Of a DNA stretch of 64,000 nucleotides, positions 25,302 to 39,233 are shown piece after piece. A model generated the notes under the pieces. It did not search any database and had not been told where the DNA came from. It worked only from the letters and a program-made list of their open reading frames with translations. A program made the position numbers and the translations under genes. This DNA is from Octopus sinensis (lineage: Eukaryota): contig NC_043017.1 of NCBI RefSeq assembly GCF_006345805.1, positions 20,770,001 through 20,834,000 of the forward strand, read 5' to 3'. Position 1 is the first letter of the stretch; each line of letters starts with the position of its first letter.

Positions 25302-25765
25302 TAGGTGGATAGTTGCAGAGATAGATAGATAGATACTTATACACAAACACATGAGCGTGTGCAAACATGCATACGTACACGAACAGATAATAATGTGAGT
25401 GCATGTGTATGTGCATGTGTGTGTGCGTATGTGTGTGTGTGTATGTGTGTGTGCGTGTGTGTATCTATGTCTTAGATATCAGCCAGGCAGAAGAGATCAT
25501 CAGCTCACGCACACACAGACACATACGGATGCATGTCGATACACATACAGAAACACACACACTCATGGATATACACCTGCAATTGAATCTGAAAATTTCT
25601 ATCTCTGCATGAGTGAATCCTTTTGAGCGGGAGAATAAACAAACCTCATTACACAAAGAGAGAGAGAGAGAGAAGGAGAGAGAGAGAGAAAGAGAGAGAG
25701 GGAGAATAACCAGTGACATTATTATATTTGGATTTTAAGACATCTTCCTGGTCTCTTTAAACTAA

Positions 25766-26383
25766 ATTACTAAACCGGCCACCACAATCACTGACTCTGC
25801 CAATACCACCACCACCACTGCCGTCACCACCAGTAACACTGGCGACACTACTAACACCACCACCACCAACACCTCTAACACTACTACCACCACAACTACC
25901 ACCATCACTGACACCATCACCACCACCACGGACACTGCCGACACCAACACCTCTGTCACTACTACCACCACAACTGCCACCATCACTGACACCATCATCA
26001 CCACCACTGACACTGCCGACATCACTGCTGCCAGCACCACTACCACCGCCGACACCACTACCACTGACACCATCACCATCAGCAACACTGCCATCACCAT
26101 CACCACCACCACCACCACCACCAAAACTGCTAATATTACTTACACCATCGACAGCAACACCGACGTCACCAACATCCACAATACAACCACTACTGCTACC
26201 ACCACCACAATCACCAGCACTACCAGCGATACCACCAATATCAGCATGACCATCACCACAGAGGACATCACCAGCACCACTACCATCATCATCACCACCA
26301 CTAACAACACTGTCACCATCATCACTCCTATCTTTACCAACACCACCAGAACCACCACCGTCACCAACACCACTACCACCGTC

Positions 26384-26415
<32 letters not shown>

Positions 26416-26452
26416 CAATTCAAATGATTTCTTCAGTGATTTGCTACCCTGA
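25766..26452 (+). repeat. Degenerate (ACC/ACT)n triplet tract with a stop-free Thr-rich frame
   Basis: One + frame reads ITKPATTITDSANTTTT...NNNNSNDFFSDLLP without a stop; minus-strand frames are also open, so composition may explain it. Confidence 0.8.
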
Positions 26453-26816
26453 CAGTTAAACCATTCACTGGAAAGAAAGGAAGGAAGGAGAGAAGAGAGG
26501 AAGGAAGGAAGGAAGGAAGGAGGAAAAGGGAGTCAGGGGTTTTAGGGGTCACCTGTGATTACAGCTTGAAAGAAAATCTTTGGAAAGAAAATCCAGCAGA
26601 GAGGGCAGCTAGCTGTTATTGCCGTTTAGCCCAAGGTCTGCCTTCAACGAGAAAAACAATCTGTCCTATAAACAAAGGCATTGCAGCAGCTGTGATCAAC
26701 GTATTTCTTTGGCATAATACACCTAGGACTACATCATCTGTTGTGTCGTCGTCATTTTCAGGCAAGCATGTGACTCAGGAAGCCATCTATTTCAATAAAA
26801 TGTTTTATATTTGCAT

Positions 26817-27203
26817 ACATGTGTGGTAAGTAGCTTGCTCCCCAACCACATGGTTCTGGGTTCAATCCCACTGTGTGGCATCTTGGGCAAGTGTCTTCTA
26901 CTATAGCCCCGGGCCGACCAATGCCTTGTGAGTGGATTTGGTAGATGGAAACTGAAAGAAGCCTGTCGTATATATGTATATGTGTGTGTGTGTGTTTGTG
27001 TGTCTGTGTTTGTCCCCCTAGCATTGCTTGACAACCGATGCTGGTGTGTTTACGTCCCCGTCACTTAGCGGTTCGGCAAAAGAGACCGATAGAATAAGCA
27101 CTGGGCTTACAAAGAATAAGTCCCGGGGTCGATTTGCTCGACTAAAGGCGGTGCTCCAGCATGGCCGCAGTCAAATGACTGAAACAAGTAAAAGAGTAAA
27201 AGA
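26817..27203 (+). mobile_element. SINE family A, near full length and well preserved
   Basis: Close match to 17398-17792. Confidence 0.9.
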
Positions 27204-27380
27204 GAAAAAAAGAGTAGGCACAGGTGTGGCTGTGTGGTAGGAAGCTTGATTCCCAACCACATGATTCTGGGTTCAGTCCCACTGCCTGGCACATCAGGGT
27301 CTCTTACTAAAATTTCAGGCCAACCTAAGACTTGTGAGTGGATTTGGTTGATGGAAACTGAAAGAAGTCCATCATATATA

Positions 27381-27536
27381 CTCTTTCGATCTTTCCTTTT
27401 CCTATGTTTCTGACGAAGAGCTCCGCTCGAAACGTTTAGCCCTCCTTTTTTCCTTCTTTCCTGAGCGTCCAATAATACTATACTTGTTCCAGGTCCTTGC
27501 GTTGTTGTGTTTCTCTTTGTGTTTTCATCTTTGGAT

Positions 27537-27541
<5 letters not shown>
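27381..27541 (+). mobile_element. P2 repeat with hammerhead core CUGACGA (motif at 27405-27440)
   Basis: guuu-CUGACGA-a-gagc ucc gcuc-GAAAC-GUU-uagc. Confidence 0.75.
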
Positions 27542-27597
<56 letters not shown>

Positions 27598-27599
27598 TC

Positions 27600-27955
27600 T
27601 CTTTTACTTGTTTTATTCATTTGACTGTGGCCATGCTGGAGCACCACCTTTAGTTGAGGAAATCTACCCCAGGACTTATTCTTTATAAGCCTAATATTAA
27701 TTCTATCAGTCTCTTTTGCTGAACCACTAAGTTACTGGTATGTAAACACACCAACATCAGTTGTCAAGTGATGGTGGGAAAGATACAGACACAAAAATAC
27801 ACACACACACACACATGCACATATACGATAGGCTTCTTTCAGTTTCCATCTACCAAATCCATTTACAAGGCTTTGGCTGGCCCGAGGCTATAGTAGAAGA
27901 CACTTGCACAAGGTGCCATGCCGTGGGACTGAACCTGGAACCATGTGGTTGGTAA
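27600..27955 (-). mobile_element. SINE family A
   Basis: Reverse complement of the family A body and tail. Confidence 0.85.
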
Positions 27956-28626
27956 GCATGTGCCTGTCTTTGTGTCTGAGTTTGTCCCTCACCACTGCTT
28001 GACAACCAGTGTAGGTGTGTTTACACCCCCATAAATTAGCAGTTCAGCAAAAGAGACTGATAGAATAAGTATTAGATCTTAAAAAAAAAGTTTCTGGGAT
28101 CAATTTGTTCAGTTTAAATCCCTCGAGGCAGTGCTCCAGCATGGCCGTGGTAAAATAACCGAAACAAGTAAAAGAGTAAAAGAATACTTTTTGCATTGAG
28201 TTCTTCTATTTTTATCTAATTTATAAGAACAGGAATGGCTGTGTGGTTAAGACGCTTGCTTTTGCAACCATAGGGTGATGGGTTTGGTCCCCGCTGGGTT
28301 TCACATTGGCCAAGGGTTTTGTTTTGTTGTTGTAGCTCCCAGACCTGACCAATGTCTTGTGAGTGAATTTGTGAGACGAAGTGGAATGCCAATACCACCA
28401 TTGTCATCATCACCATCGTTGTCATCATTATTTGATGTCAGTTTTCCATGCTAGCATGGGTTGGGTGGTTTGACGGTAGCTGACAAGGCCAGGAGCCGCA
28501 CCAGGTTTCTATGGTCTATTTTGGCAAGGGTTCTACAGCTGGATGCCCTTCCTAACATCAAGCATTTTACAGAGTGTATATATATATGTGTGTGTGTGAA
28601 TATATATATATACACAAAAACATATG

Positions 28627-28662
<36 letters not shown>

Positions 28663-28780
28663 AAACAAGTCAAGATAGAAAATGCTAAAATAATTTTATA
28701 AAGAACATTTCAGTACCGGTTTCGGTCATTTTGAGACCTTTTCAACTGTAACGATTAAATAATTAAATTTAGAAAAATTA

Positions 28781-28813
<33 letters not shown>

Positions 28814-29329
28814 AATGTATGAATATATACACACATAAACACACATACACAGAGATATACGTATGCATATACATACACACACACACACACACACTCATAT
28901 ACACACATATGTGTGCTTGGTGTTTCTCCTCACTCCCATTCGACAACTGCTGTTGGTTTGTTTACATCCCCCAGACTTAAGAGGTCAGCAAAAGACACAG
29001 ACAAAATAAATACAAAACTTTAAAACACACACACACACACATACAACCACAAATTAATACTGGGGTTGATTTTATTTGACGAAATCCATCAAAACTGTGC
29101 TCCAGCATGGCCACAGTTGAAAGACAGAAGTGATTAAAAGAAGAGAGTGGGTGTGTGGATGGAGAATGGAAGATAGTGGGTGGGGGGGACCCCAAACAGT
29201 GTTCCTTTTTGATAAATGATGGGTTTGTTTACTTAGAAATGAAACCCCGCCCATCCATTGGAGAAGAAAACAGTTCATTTATTTTCATTTCTGCCTCAAC
29301 GAACCACCTGTGCAACCCTAAGTAGGTTT

Positions 29330-29360
29330 CTCGACCACGGTCGAACAATGATAATGATGA
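29330..29360 (+). mobile_element. ~30-bp 3' tip of an RTE-X LINE with a 10-bp TSD
   Basis: ctcgaccacggtcgaacaatgataatgatga matches 49300-49330; aagtaggttt at 29320-29329 and 29360-29369. Confidence 0.8.
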
Positions 29361-29384
29361 AGTAGGTTTTCTTTCATACAGCGG

Positions 29385-30050
29385 AACACCACCAACAACA
29401 ACACCACCACTAACATCACCACCACCACCACTAACACTACTACACCTACTACTACATCACTGCTACCACCACCACCACTAACACTAGTACTACTAGTGCT
29501 ACTACTACAACTACTACAACAACTACTACTACCACCACCACCACCACCATCACTACTACTACTACTACCACCACCACCACCAGCCCACTACTACTACTAC
29601 TACCACTACTACATCACTGCTACCACCACCACCACCATCACTAACACTACTACTACAACTACTACTACTGCCACAACCACATCACTATTACTGCTACTAC
29701 CACCACCACCACCACCACCACCACCACCATCACTACTACTACTACTATACTACCACCACCACCACTGCCACCCCACTACTACTACTACAACCACCACTAC
29801 CACAATCACTACTGCTACCACCACCATCACCACCCCACTACTACTACTACTACATCCACCACCACCACCACCACCACCACCATCACTACTACTACTACAA
29901 CCACCACCAACACTACTACTACTACTAGTACTACTGCTGCTGCTACTAATATTATTACTACTACTACCACCACCACCATCCCACTACTACTACTACTATC
30001 ACCACCACTACTATCATTCTACAATAACTATCACCAACACCACTATTAAA
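29385..30050. repeat. Degenerate (ACT/ACC)n triplet tract
   Basis: Direct reading of the sequence. Confidence 0.9.
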
Positions 30051-30689
30051 ATACTGTAAAAATGAATAAGTACTGGGGTGGTGGCAGGGGTGATCTGTTT
30101 GACTAAACCTGTTCTAAGCAGTGCCCCAGCATGGCCACAGCATGACCAAATGACTCAATGAAGTAAAGGATAAAAGATCTCTATGTTTGACATCCTACCA
30201 CCCACCTACCTACTGTTTGACAACTGGTGTTGGTTTATTTACATCCCCATAACACGAGCAGTACTAGCAGTGGTGTGGTGGTGGTGGAGTGATCTGTTTG
30301 ACTGAACCTTTCAAGGCGGTGTCCCAGCATGGCCACCACCGTCCATTGACAGAAACAAGTAAAAGACAGATGATAAAAAGAAAATCTGTTCCCAGGTTTA
30401 ATGTTATGTTACTAATTGTCAAGCATTAATTAACAACAATTAAAGTAACTCTCGTTAAAATATTACAGAACAATAGCAACAGGAAATTGGACATCCTCAC
30501 CTAACATCCCGCACAACTCGTTAGACTTCAAAGCTTCAAATAATCAATGTACCTTTTTCTTATTATATACATTGAAGTGAATATGAGTTATGTATGTGTG
30601 TGCGTATATATATATATATATATATATGCATTTATATATATGTATTATATATACACACATACATAATACATATACATATTATATATATG

Positions 30690-30772
<83 letters not shown>

Positions 30773-30837
30773 ATAATGTTTAAATTGCATAATAGTGGGT
30801 TTTTTCTAATTCATATATATATATATATATACATCAT

Positions 30838-31100
30838 CATCATCGTTTAACGTCCGTTTTCCACGCTAGCACACGGGTTGGAGACTTTTGATTGGGGTCG
30901 GGAAGCCAGGGGCTGCACCAGGCTCAGTCGTCGAATCTGGCAGTGTTTCTACAGCTGGATGCCCTTCCTAATACCACCCATCCGCGAGTGTAGTGGGTGC
31001 TTTTTACGTGCCACCGGCACAGGTGCCAGGGGATTCGGCATCAGCCACGATCAGTTGGTGCTTTAAACGTGCCACTGGCATGGAAGCCCGCCAAGGCGCG
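30838..31100 (-). mobile_element. SINE-like family D
   Basis: catcatcgtttaacgtccgttttccacgctagc...ctggatgcccttcctaa...gtgccaccggcac. Confidence 0.8.
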
Positions 31101-31113
31101 CTGCAATATATAT

Positions 31114-31190
<77 letters not shown>

Positions 31191-31249
31191 ATATATATTA
31201 TAATATATATATATATTATATATAATATATATTATATATAATATAGATG

Positions 31250-31281
<32 letters not shown>

Positions 31282-31285
31282 ATAT

Positions 31286-31392
<107 letters not shown>

Positions 31393-32098
31393 TTATATAT
31401 GTATATATATTTACCTGCAGTATGTTGCCAAGAAATGACTCCTAATGCCAGTTTTTACTTTAGGGTTATGGTACCTAGTCGGTTCTGGTGTCATACATGT
31501 TGATGTTTCTGGGTTCTAATGAATCCCATAACGATACATACAAAGATATTTACACACACACACACACATACACACACACACACACACATACATTAAGGCC
31601 CAGCAGGTCTGTCAACAATTACATGATTTCGTTCACCTTGTTGCTGCTGTTACTAAGCACCCAATCCGTCCAGATGGTTGCAAAATGTGTTTGTTTGTTC
31701 CTGTACTCTCTTTCCTCCTTTCCTTCCTTTCGCTGCTGTGGGTCCATCCGTTCCAAGGATCAAAGCATCCAGGGTGAGACAAAAAAAAAAATATATCTAT
31801 ATATATATATCCTACCTGCTGTTTACCTGTTCATATCAAGCGAGATTACAATGCAGATTGAACAACTGCGAATGTAATCATTATCACCATCATGATCTCC
31901 ATGGAGATCTGGTTAACGAGGGACACTTTATGTGGACACCCAGCTTGCTACAAATAACGAATTCATCCTCAAATCATATATTACAATCGTTGGAAAGAAA
32001 TACGTAAAACACATTGAAAAGTATTTTCTGCCAAAGACTATGCATGTGTATGTGTGTGTGTGTGAGTGTGTGCATGTGTGTGAGTGTGTGTATCTGTG

Positions 32099-32173
<75 letters not shown>

Positions 32174-32198
32174 GTGACTGCGTGTGTACCGTTGGCGA

Positions 32199-32334
32199 TT
32201 TTTTTTCATCCGTCTTCCCTTCTCTGGATCTTTCCTTTTCCTATGTTCCTTCCGTCCTGATCGTCCAATAATAATATATTTGTTCCACGTCTCGTGTTGT
32301 GTTTTCTCTTTGTGTTTTCATGTTTGGATTAACT
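32199..32334 (+). mobile_element. P2 repeat with the hammerhead segment deleted
   Basis: Aligns to 27381-27541 on both sides of a junction at ~32249. Confidence 0.75.
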
Positions 32335-32382
32335 TTATATATATATATATATTATATATATATATATATATATATTTGTATA

Positions 32383-32421
<39 letters not shown>

Positions 32422-32827
32422 CATATATATATATATATATCCATCTATCTATCTGCATGTCTGTCTGTCTGTCTATCTATCTATCTGCCTGCCTGCCTGC
32501 CTGCCTGCCTGCCAACCTACCTACCTACCTACCATCTACACTTCTTTCTTTCTTTTTCTACCTCTCTCTAGCTAAGTAATGTCTCTCTGTCTATCTATCT
32601 GTCTGTCTGCTGCCTGCCTGCCTGCCTGCCTGCCTACCCACTATCTCTCTCTCTCTCCCTCTCTCTGTAAAACAAGAACACAAGTGAGGTTCAAAATTTA
32701 CTACAGCTGTTTCTGTAGCATTTAATGTATTCATAGATTACATTGTAGCATAAATCCACCGTCCTCAGGCAAAATTTCAAACATGCATAAACAGTCAAGA
32801 TAAAACCTAAAAGAAGGCCATATATAT

Positions 32828-32986
32828 ACACACATTTTTTTCGCTCCTTGTTTTTTCTGTGTCCCTTCCTTTAGAAGAGCGTAGGCTCGAAATGTAAAAG
32901 ACTTTTTCTATTCCTGAGCGTTATACTAATACATCTGTTTTGTACACCACCTGTCTTCGTCTTTTGTTTTTTTCATAAACTCTCCC
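32828..32986 (+). mobile_element. P1 repeat with degenerate HHR core (ctttaga-a-gagcgtaggctc-gaaat-gta-aaag)
   Basis: Aligns with 497-655. Confidence 0.8.
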
Positions 32987-34158
32987 TATATATATATATG
33001 TATATATGTATGTGTGTATGTGCGTGTTTGTGTGTCTTGGTTTGTCTCCACAACATCGCCTGACAACCGATGCTGGTGTGTTTACGTCCCCATAACTTAG
33101 CAGTTCAGCAAAAGAGAATAAGCACTAGGCTAACAAGGAAGAAGTCCTGGAGACGATATTTGCTCGACTAAAGGTGGTGCTCCAGCATGGTCATGAACCT
33201 ATGACTATAAAAGATATGATTTGGAAGGAATGATGAGATTCTGGCTGCTGTCTCTAGCAACTCGAGCTGCTTTAAAGAGGTTCCTTCAGGTCAAATACCA
33301 CCAAAGACAATGTATCAGGCTTTAATTTGTGGCCTCTATTATAATGGCCTCAGAAAAATAATTTCAATGCAACCTTCAACCCCTCACCTTTATTTTGTTG
33401 GTGATTAATATTTTCTTGATCACCTTTACACTTTATACACACACACATACACACATATATGCTGCTGTTAAATTATTCAAAATCTTTATTCATAAATCAA
33501 TCAGACAAGCTGCTGTATAATCTTCTCGCATGGTTAATTCAGATTAACATTAAACAAGAAACGATCAGGCTGAGAATCATAAAATATGTGGTGTTTGGTA
33601 AGTAAACCACATTTCCATAGGCTATTCTTGAAGAACTGTCCGAGAAGCTGGCCACACAAAGACTCTTTCATACCATCATTGATATAAAGATAGCTTGAGG
33701 ACTCAAGATTGAAATTTTATATCTGATTACTTTGAAATCCCAGACTGCTCTTCAAAAATTTTATAATCATATAGTTAGGTTATCAGTATAGCAGAGTGGT
33801 TCAGAAGTTCACTGCCCAATGATATGGCTTTGGGTTCAATCCCACTGTGTGGCAAGAGTCTTCTAACATAGCCTTGGGCCTGCCAAAGCCTTGTGAGGGG
33901 ATTTGGTAGATAGCTACTGAAAGAAGCCCATCTATTTATCTGTCTGTTTGTCTATCTGTCTGTCTGCCTGTCTGTCTGTCTATCTATCTATCTCCTTGTC
34001 TATCTGTCTGTCTGACTATCTGCCTCTCTATCTACCTGCCTGAGTGCCTACCTGTCTATCTACCTGCCTGCCTGCCTACTTGCCTGTTTGTCTGTCTGAC
34101 TGTCTGCCTGCCTGCCTACCTGTCTGTCTGTCTATCTACCTACCTACCTACCTACCTT

Positions 34159-34202
<44 letters not shown>

Positions 34203-34218
34203 CCTACCTACCTACATT

Positions 34219-34262
<44 letters not shown>

Positions 34263-34278
34263 CCTACCTACCTACATT

Positions 34279-34310
<32 letters not shown>

Positions 34311-35062
34311 CTACCTACCTACCTACCTACCTACATTTCTATCTATCTATCTATCTATCTATATGAGAATTTATCATTAACCACGACAATTGTTTTGACA
34401 CATCTATCATCGATTCCACAACAACTGGACACTCCACAACTGGTTTGGGAGCATCTGGTGGTGCAGATGTATCTTGTCGGGTGATAAATAAATACATAAC
34501 TGAAAAACAACCAGGCAACTCCAACATGTCAGTGAGTGGGATTGAACCCACAACCAACCCCATGGCGCCAAAACCAACATTTATAACCACACAGCTGCAC
34601 CACTGAGAGAGAGATCCATTAAATTCTTGTTTATCTGGAATAATACCTTGAACATTGTCCAAACACCTTTGAACTCTCCTTTGCTCTCTTTCCACAATCG
34701 AACTTATAAATAAACAAGTTTAATGACCGTCTTCCAAGGTTTTATTATAATCTTATTTGATTCGGAGACATGGAAATCCATTGTTAAGTAATGTGTGTAA
34801 TGGCTACGGGAAGGTTAATGACTTGTTTGTCCGTATTGCTCAATTAAAATATGCGTGTACATGTACGGTCGTTATCATCATCATCAGACATTAACATCCG
34901 TTGTCCATGCTGGCATGGATTGGAGGGTGTGCCCAAAACCTAGCAAGCTGGGGAGCTGCACCAGACTCCAGTCTGATTTGGAATGGTTTTCTACTGCTGG
35001 ATGCCCTTCTTAACACCAATATATAATGTATATACATATATAATGTGTGTGTGTATATATAC

Positions 35063-35113
<51 letters not shown>

Positions 35114-35397
35114 TGCAAATTTGAATTATATATATATATATAGTTCAAATTTATAGAAAGCAAAAGATGAAGATAGGTGAAGGAACAACAACAAGCAGGT
35201 GTATTAGTTTAATGCTTGGGAAGAATGGAAAAGTATTTTATGTTTCGAGCCTATGCTCTCTGTCTTTTTTCCATTCTCTCTTCTTTTTTTGCAGCTGTGG
35301 TCATACTAGAATAATATGTAAATATGTGTGTATAGATAAATATATGCTTACACATATGTATGTATATAAGTGTGCATGTATATGCTGTTTATATATA

Positions 35398-35610
35398 TAC
35401 GAGGGCAAGTCAAAAATTATCCACACTTTCACTAAAACAATTCTTTATTATTGTCACACTGCATTTTACTTTCTGGTTTTACAGTGTAAGCATGGTTGCT
35501 CCACTTGCAATGTGCACCAAAGAAGAACAAAGAGCAGTGAATTGGTTCACCATTACCATCTCTTGAGCTTGCTGAATCTTCTCATCAGTGGTGGAGGTTG
35601 AAGGATGTTC
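35398..35610 (+). mobile_element. Mariner (Tc1/mariner) relic: left terminus, transposase N-terminus and an inverted internal piece
   Basis: TA + cgagggcaagtcaaaaattatcc terminus; ATG at 35492 gives MVAPLAMCTKEEQRAVNWF; 35549-35610 on the minus strand reads HPSTSTTDEKIQQAQEMVM, a mariner (S)GRPSTS-like motif. Confidence 0.75.
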
Positions 35611-36018
35611 ATAAGCAAGCTACTTACCACACAGCCACTCCTACACCTATGTTTACTTTTATTATAATTAACCTTGTTGTTATAGCATTAAGCATTAGTT
35701 GTCTTAAGTATTTTCTTGTCATCGATAACATCTTGGTTGTTATTCCTCCATAAAATTGATTTAGCGAGTCAGTGGATATAATACCAGATCTGAGAGCATA
35801 AACCATCATGTATATAGAATTGAATTTAAGGCATGAAAGTCTCCGAGTGTACGAATGGAATTAACATAGTTTAGTCAACTCACTGAGGATTAAATCAGTC
35901 AATAAACACATGTTAAATACTAATTCAAGACACAGAGAGAACATTTGCAATTCCAAAGGGAAATTTTCATGTGTCTCCATAATGCCTTTTTCGGAATCTC
36001 CAGCTTTTAGCCATTACT

Positions 36019-36237
36019 TTAACACTTTAGCATTTCAACTGGCCGTATCAGGCCCAAATATTCTGCCTGTTGTATGTTCAAACTGGCCAGATCCAGCTTC
36101 TCACACCTACCTTGCAATGTCATTCTAATATACAATCACATCATTGAAATCTTGAAGCTATGAGAGAATGTCTGATTACTTCGAAACAATGTGAAAAAAT
36201 AACATTTGACTGGATAATCTGAAAGCTGAAAGGATAA
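36019..36237. mobile_element. TTAA-type (piggyBac-like) MITE, degenerate; partial second copy at ~36296-36390
   Basis: ttaacactttagc ... gctgaaaggataa degenerate inverted termini; internal block tcattgaaatcttgaagctatgaga is repeated downstream. Confidence 0.5.
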
Positions 36238-36929
36238 ACTGTAGCTACCCTGGAAAACAATCAACTTGTACAATTACCACCCTGAATCTTCATCTTGGCT
36301 AGATCTGGTCTCTCACACCTAGCCTCCAATGTCAGTTTAAAAATAAGCAGTTAAATCATTGAAATCTTGAAGCTATGAGATAATTCATGGTTAATGAGTA
36401 AATCAGTTCAACTAAGGTAAATAACGGTGAAGTAGGAAAGCTTTCTGTGAGCTGGATTTTAAATGGTGCTGGTATGGCTGTTAGGTAAGAAGTTTGCCAA
36501 CCAGGTGATTCTGGGTTCAGTCTCACTGCAAGACACCGTGGAAAAATGTTTTCTACTATAGCCCCAGCATGACTAAAGCCCTGTGAGTGAATTTGGTAGA
36601 TGGAAACTGAAAGAAGCCCATTGTGTGTGTGTATGTGTTTCTGCCTTCTTGCCTTGATATTGTATGTTAGTTGTAGATGAGTGCCATCATCTTGCAGGTG
36701 GTGTCCTTTGCTTCCAATCTTCAGTGAAATCATGTCTGGTTATGGGGAAATATTACAGGTGAAGGTTGGAGACAGGAAGGGCTTCCAGCTGTAGGATATG
36801 TACCTCAACAATTTCTGCTTAACCCATGCAAACATAAACAGGTAAAACAATGATGATCATGAAGAAATCTTGGTTGAAGTTGGGTTCCTTCGAAGAATCC
36901 CTGAAGTTACGTTACTTGACTGAAAGCAT

Positions 36930-37400
36930 ACCCCAGAGAACAGGAAGTCTCTCCAGGCTGAGCCACCACTGCTTCTCTACACTGAGATGTCACAGGAAAG
37001 AATCACAAGATAGATTCTTCAAGCCAAGGCAACAAACAGGTGATCCAGTGGAGGACCAACAATGAGATGGATGGATAATATCCATAACCTCAGTTGGTCA
37101 GGTTTTGGAAATCAGCTGAGAAATGCAATGATGCTTGCTCTTGATAGGAGCCTATGGAGGCAATGTCTGAGGACTCTACCCATCTGGGCCCCTGACAAGA
37201 ATACTGGGTGAAAAAGATGAATGGATACATTGCTCAGAGACCCAGGTATCTTGGAATTTCTTCTGGTTCAGCCACTGCTTCTGCATGTTGAGATGTCACA
37301 GGGATGAATCACCTACAAGATTCTCCAAGCCAAGCCAGCGAACAGGTAATCCAGAGGCAGAACAAGATATGAACTGATTGGATTATGTCCATACTCTCAA
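36930..37400 (+). mobile_element. Two decayed RTE-like LINE 3' fragments in tandem (~305-bp spacing)
   Basis: Translations GGPTMRWMDNI...LDRSLWRQ and LHVEMSQG*ITYKILQAKP..SRGRTR; the two pieces align at DNA level. Confidence 0.55.
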
Positions 37401-37589
37401 GTGGTTATGCTTTGGAATTCAGCCAGAAAATCTAATGGTGGTTGCTTCAGGTAGGACCCAACAGAAACGGTACCCGAGAACTTTACCCAACACAAGCCTT
37501 CCAAGAATAGTGGGTATAAAAATGGAAGAATGGGCGAAAATTTTGGCTGTTACTTGTTGGTGTGACATGGATGGACAGGATGAAGAATG

Positions 37590-38075
37590 AGAAGGTGAGT
37601 AGGAATGAGAGAAAATCTATGGACCAGAATGGATATATGAATGTTGAGGTATTTTGGCCACATGGAGAGGATGGATGAGAAGTGGATGGTAAGGAGGGTG
37701 ATGAAGGCAGAAGTGGTAGGCAGCAGAACCAGAGGCAAACCTCGGTTTGTGTGGATGGATGGAGTGAGGACAGCTTTGGTGGTTAGAGGTGTTGGAGTGA
37801 GAAAGGCAAAAAAGTTTATAAATTATAGGAAAGCTTGGAGAGCGTTTATGGATGGATGAGTGAATTTGATGTTGCTCAAAGGGGTAGGGAACCAACATGA
37901 TGCGGCAGGGGTAAGCCAGCATATAACGTGGGGCCCAGCTGCTGATATCGGGGGGGTTGCTTTCTATGCCTTCACCCAAGCAGAGGATGGGGCTTGCCTT
38001 TTGAGCTGGTGTGTGTCTTGTTGTGGCTAACCCCTCCAATGGGGAATTTAGGCCTTGGTAGAAAAATAAAAAATT
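37590..38075 (+). mobile_element. RTE-clade LINE 3' end
   Basis: MLRYFGHMERMDEKWMVRRVMKAEVVGSRTRGKPRFVWMDGV...YRKAWRAFM, the typical RTE C-terminus (GH.RM...RGRP..W.D.V). Confidence 0.85.
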
Positions 38076-38387
38076 ACTTGTTGAGCAATGACTGTGTTGA
38101 TGGAGATACCTGAACACAACATCATAGGGCAGAGTTAATTACTAAGAGGTGTCTAGGTTGGTGCTTTTGCATTTGTTGCTAATAAAGTATCCTTTTATTC
38201 GTTTAATGTATTTTTAATAAAGATGTTCTGAAGAAATGATATCACTAATACAAACACCACATGCACACACATTCATGTATGTATATACAGAAAAATATTT
38301 GACTGTATACATGGATGTATACTTGCACGTGTATGTTTGTGTATGTGTGTTTATGTGTATAAATATGCACATATACACACATACATC

Positions 38388-38425
<38 letters not shown>

Positions 38426-38462
38426 CATACAAATTTATGCATGTATATATTTATATATATAT

Positions 38463-38497
<35 letters not shown>

Positions 38498-38974
38498 TAC
38501 ATACATACATACATACATACTCATATATACACACACACATGTGTATATATATATATATATATATGTATGTATATACACAAACGTGTACGTATATTTATAT
38601 ATATACGCACACATATATGTATATGTGTGTATGCATATTTATATATATACCAATATATATATATATTTGTATGCATGCACACACACACACACACACATAC
38701 ACACAGAGATAGGTATATAAACAAAGTATTAAATATTAATATGGTTTGAAATGTTTCCAGACAAGAGAAAAAAAACAAAAACCATTGACAGCTAAATAAA
38801 AATTCCTGACTTAATTAAAGAATCGGTCACTATTCTGGTTGACTGACTCTTTTGTGGCAACAAGCCCATTCAGAGATTCTGAAAATATCTCATATAATAT
38901 TTCTACCAAAAAGATGATCTACAAAACTGAATTTTTCAAATTATATATTTTCCTGTTCTATAACAGAATTGATA

Positions 38975-39187
38975 ATAATAATAATAATAATAATAATAAG
39001 GATAGGAAAATATAAGATTTATAAGCCCTAAAATTCATAATTGTCCACGGGCATATGGCATAGTGGTTAAAAGCACAGGATACTAACCCCACCATTCCAA
39101 GTTCGATTCCAGGCAGTGACCTGAATAATAATAATAATGATAATAATAATAATAATAATAATGATAAAAATAATAATGATAATAATG

Positions 39188-39233
<46 letters not shown>

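Noticed and set aside
26560-26800. Enhancer-like unique patch with AACAAT/AACAAAG/TAAACA motifs
   Set aside because: Such short motifs are expected by chance in AT-rich DNA, and no comparative data are available.
31600-31790. Possible minus-strand 5'UTR exon ending at an AG|GTGAAC donor
   Set aside because: A single splice-like motif without a supporting ORF or partner exon is insufficient.
39048-39122. Functional tRNA gene
   Set aside because: A and B boxes are present, but no acceptor stem or anticodon arm could be paired convincingly; it is treated as a SINE-type head. The same applies to the heads at 3106, 15571 and 19912.
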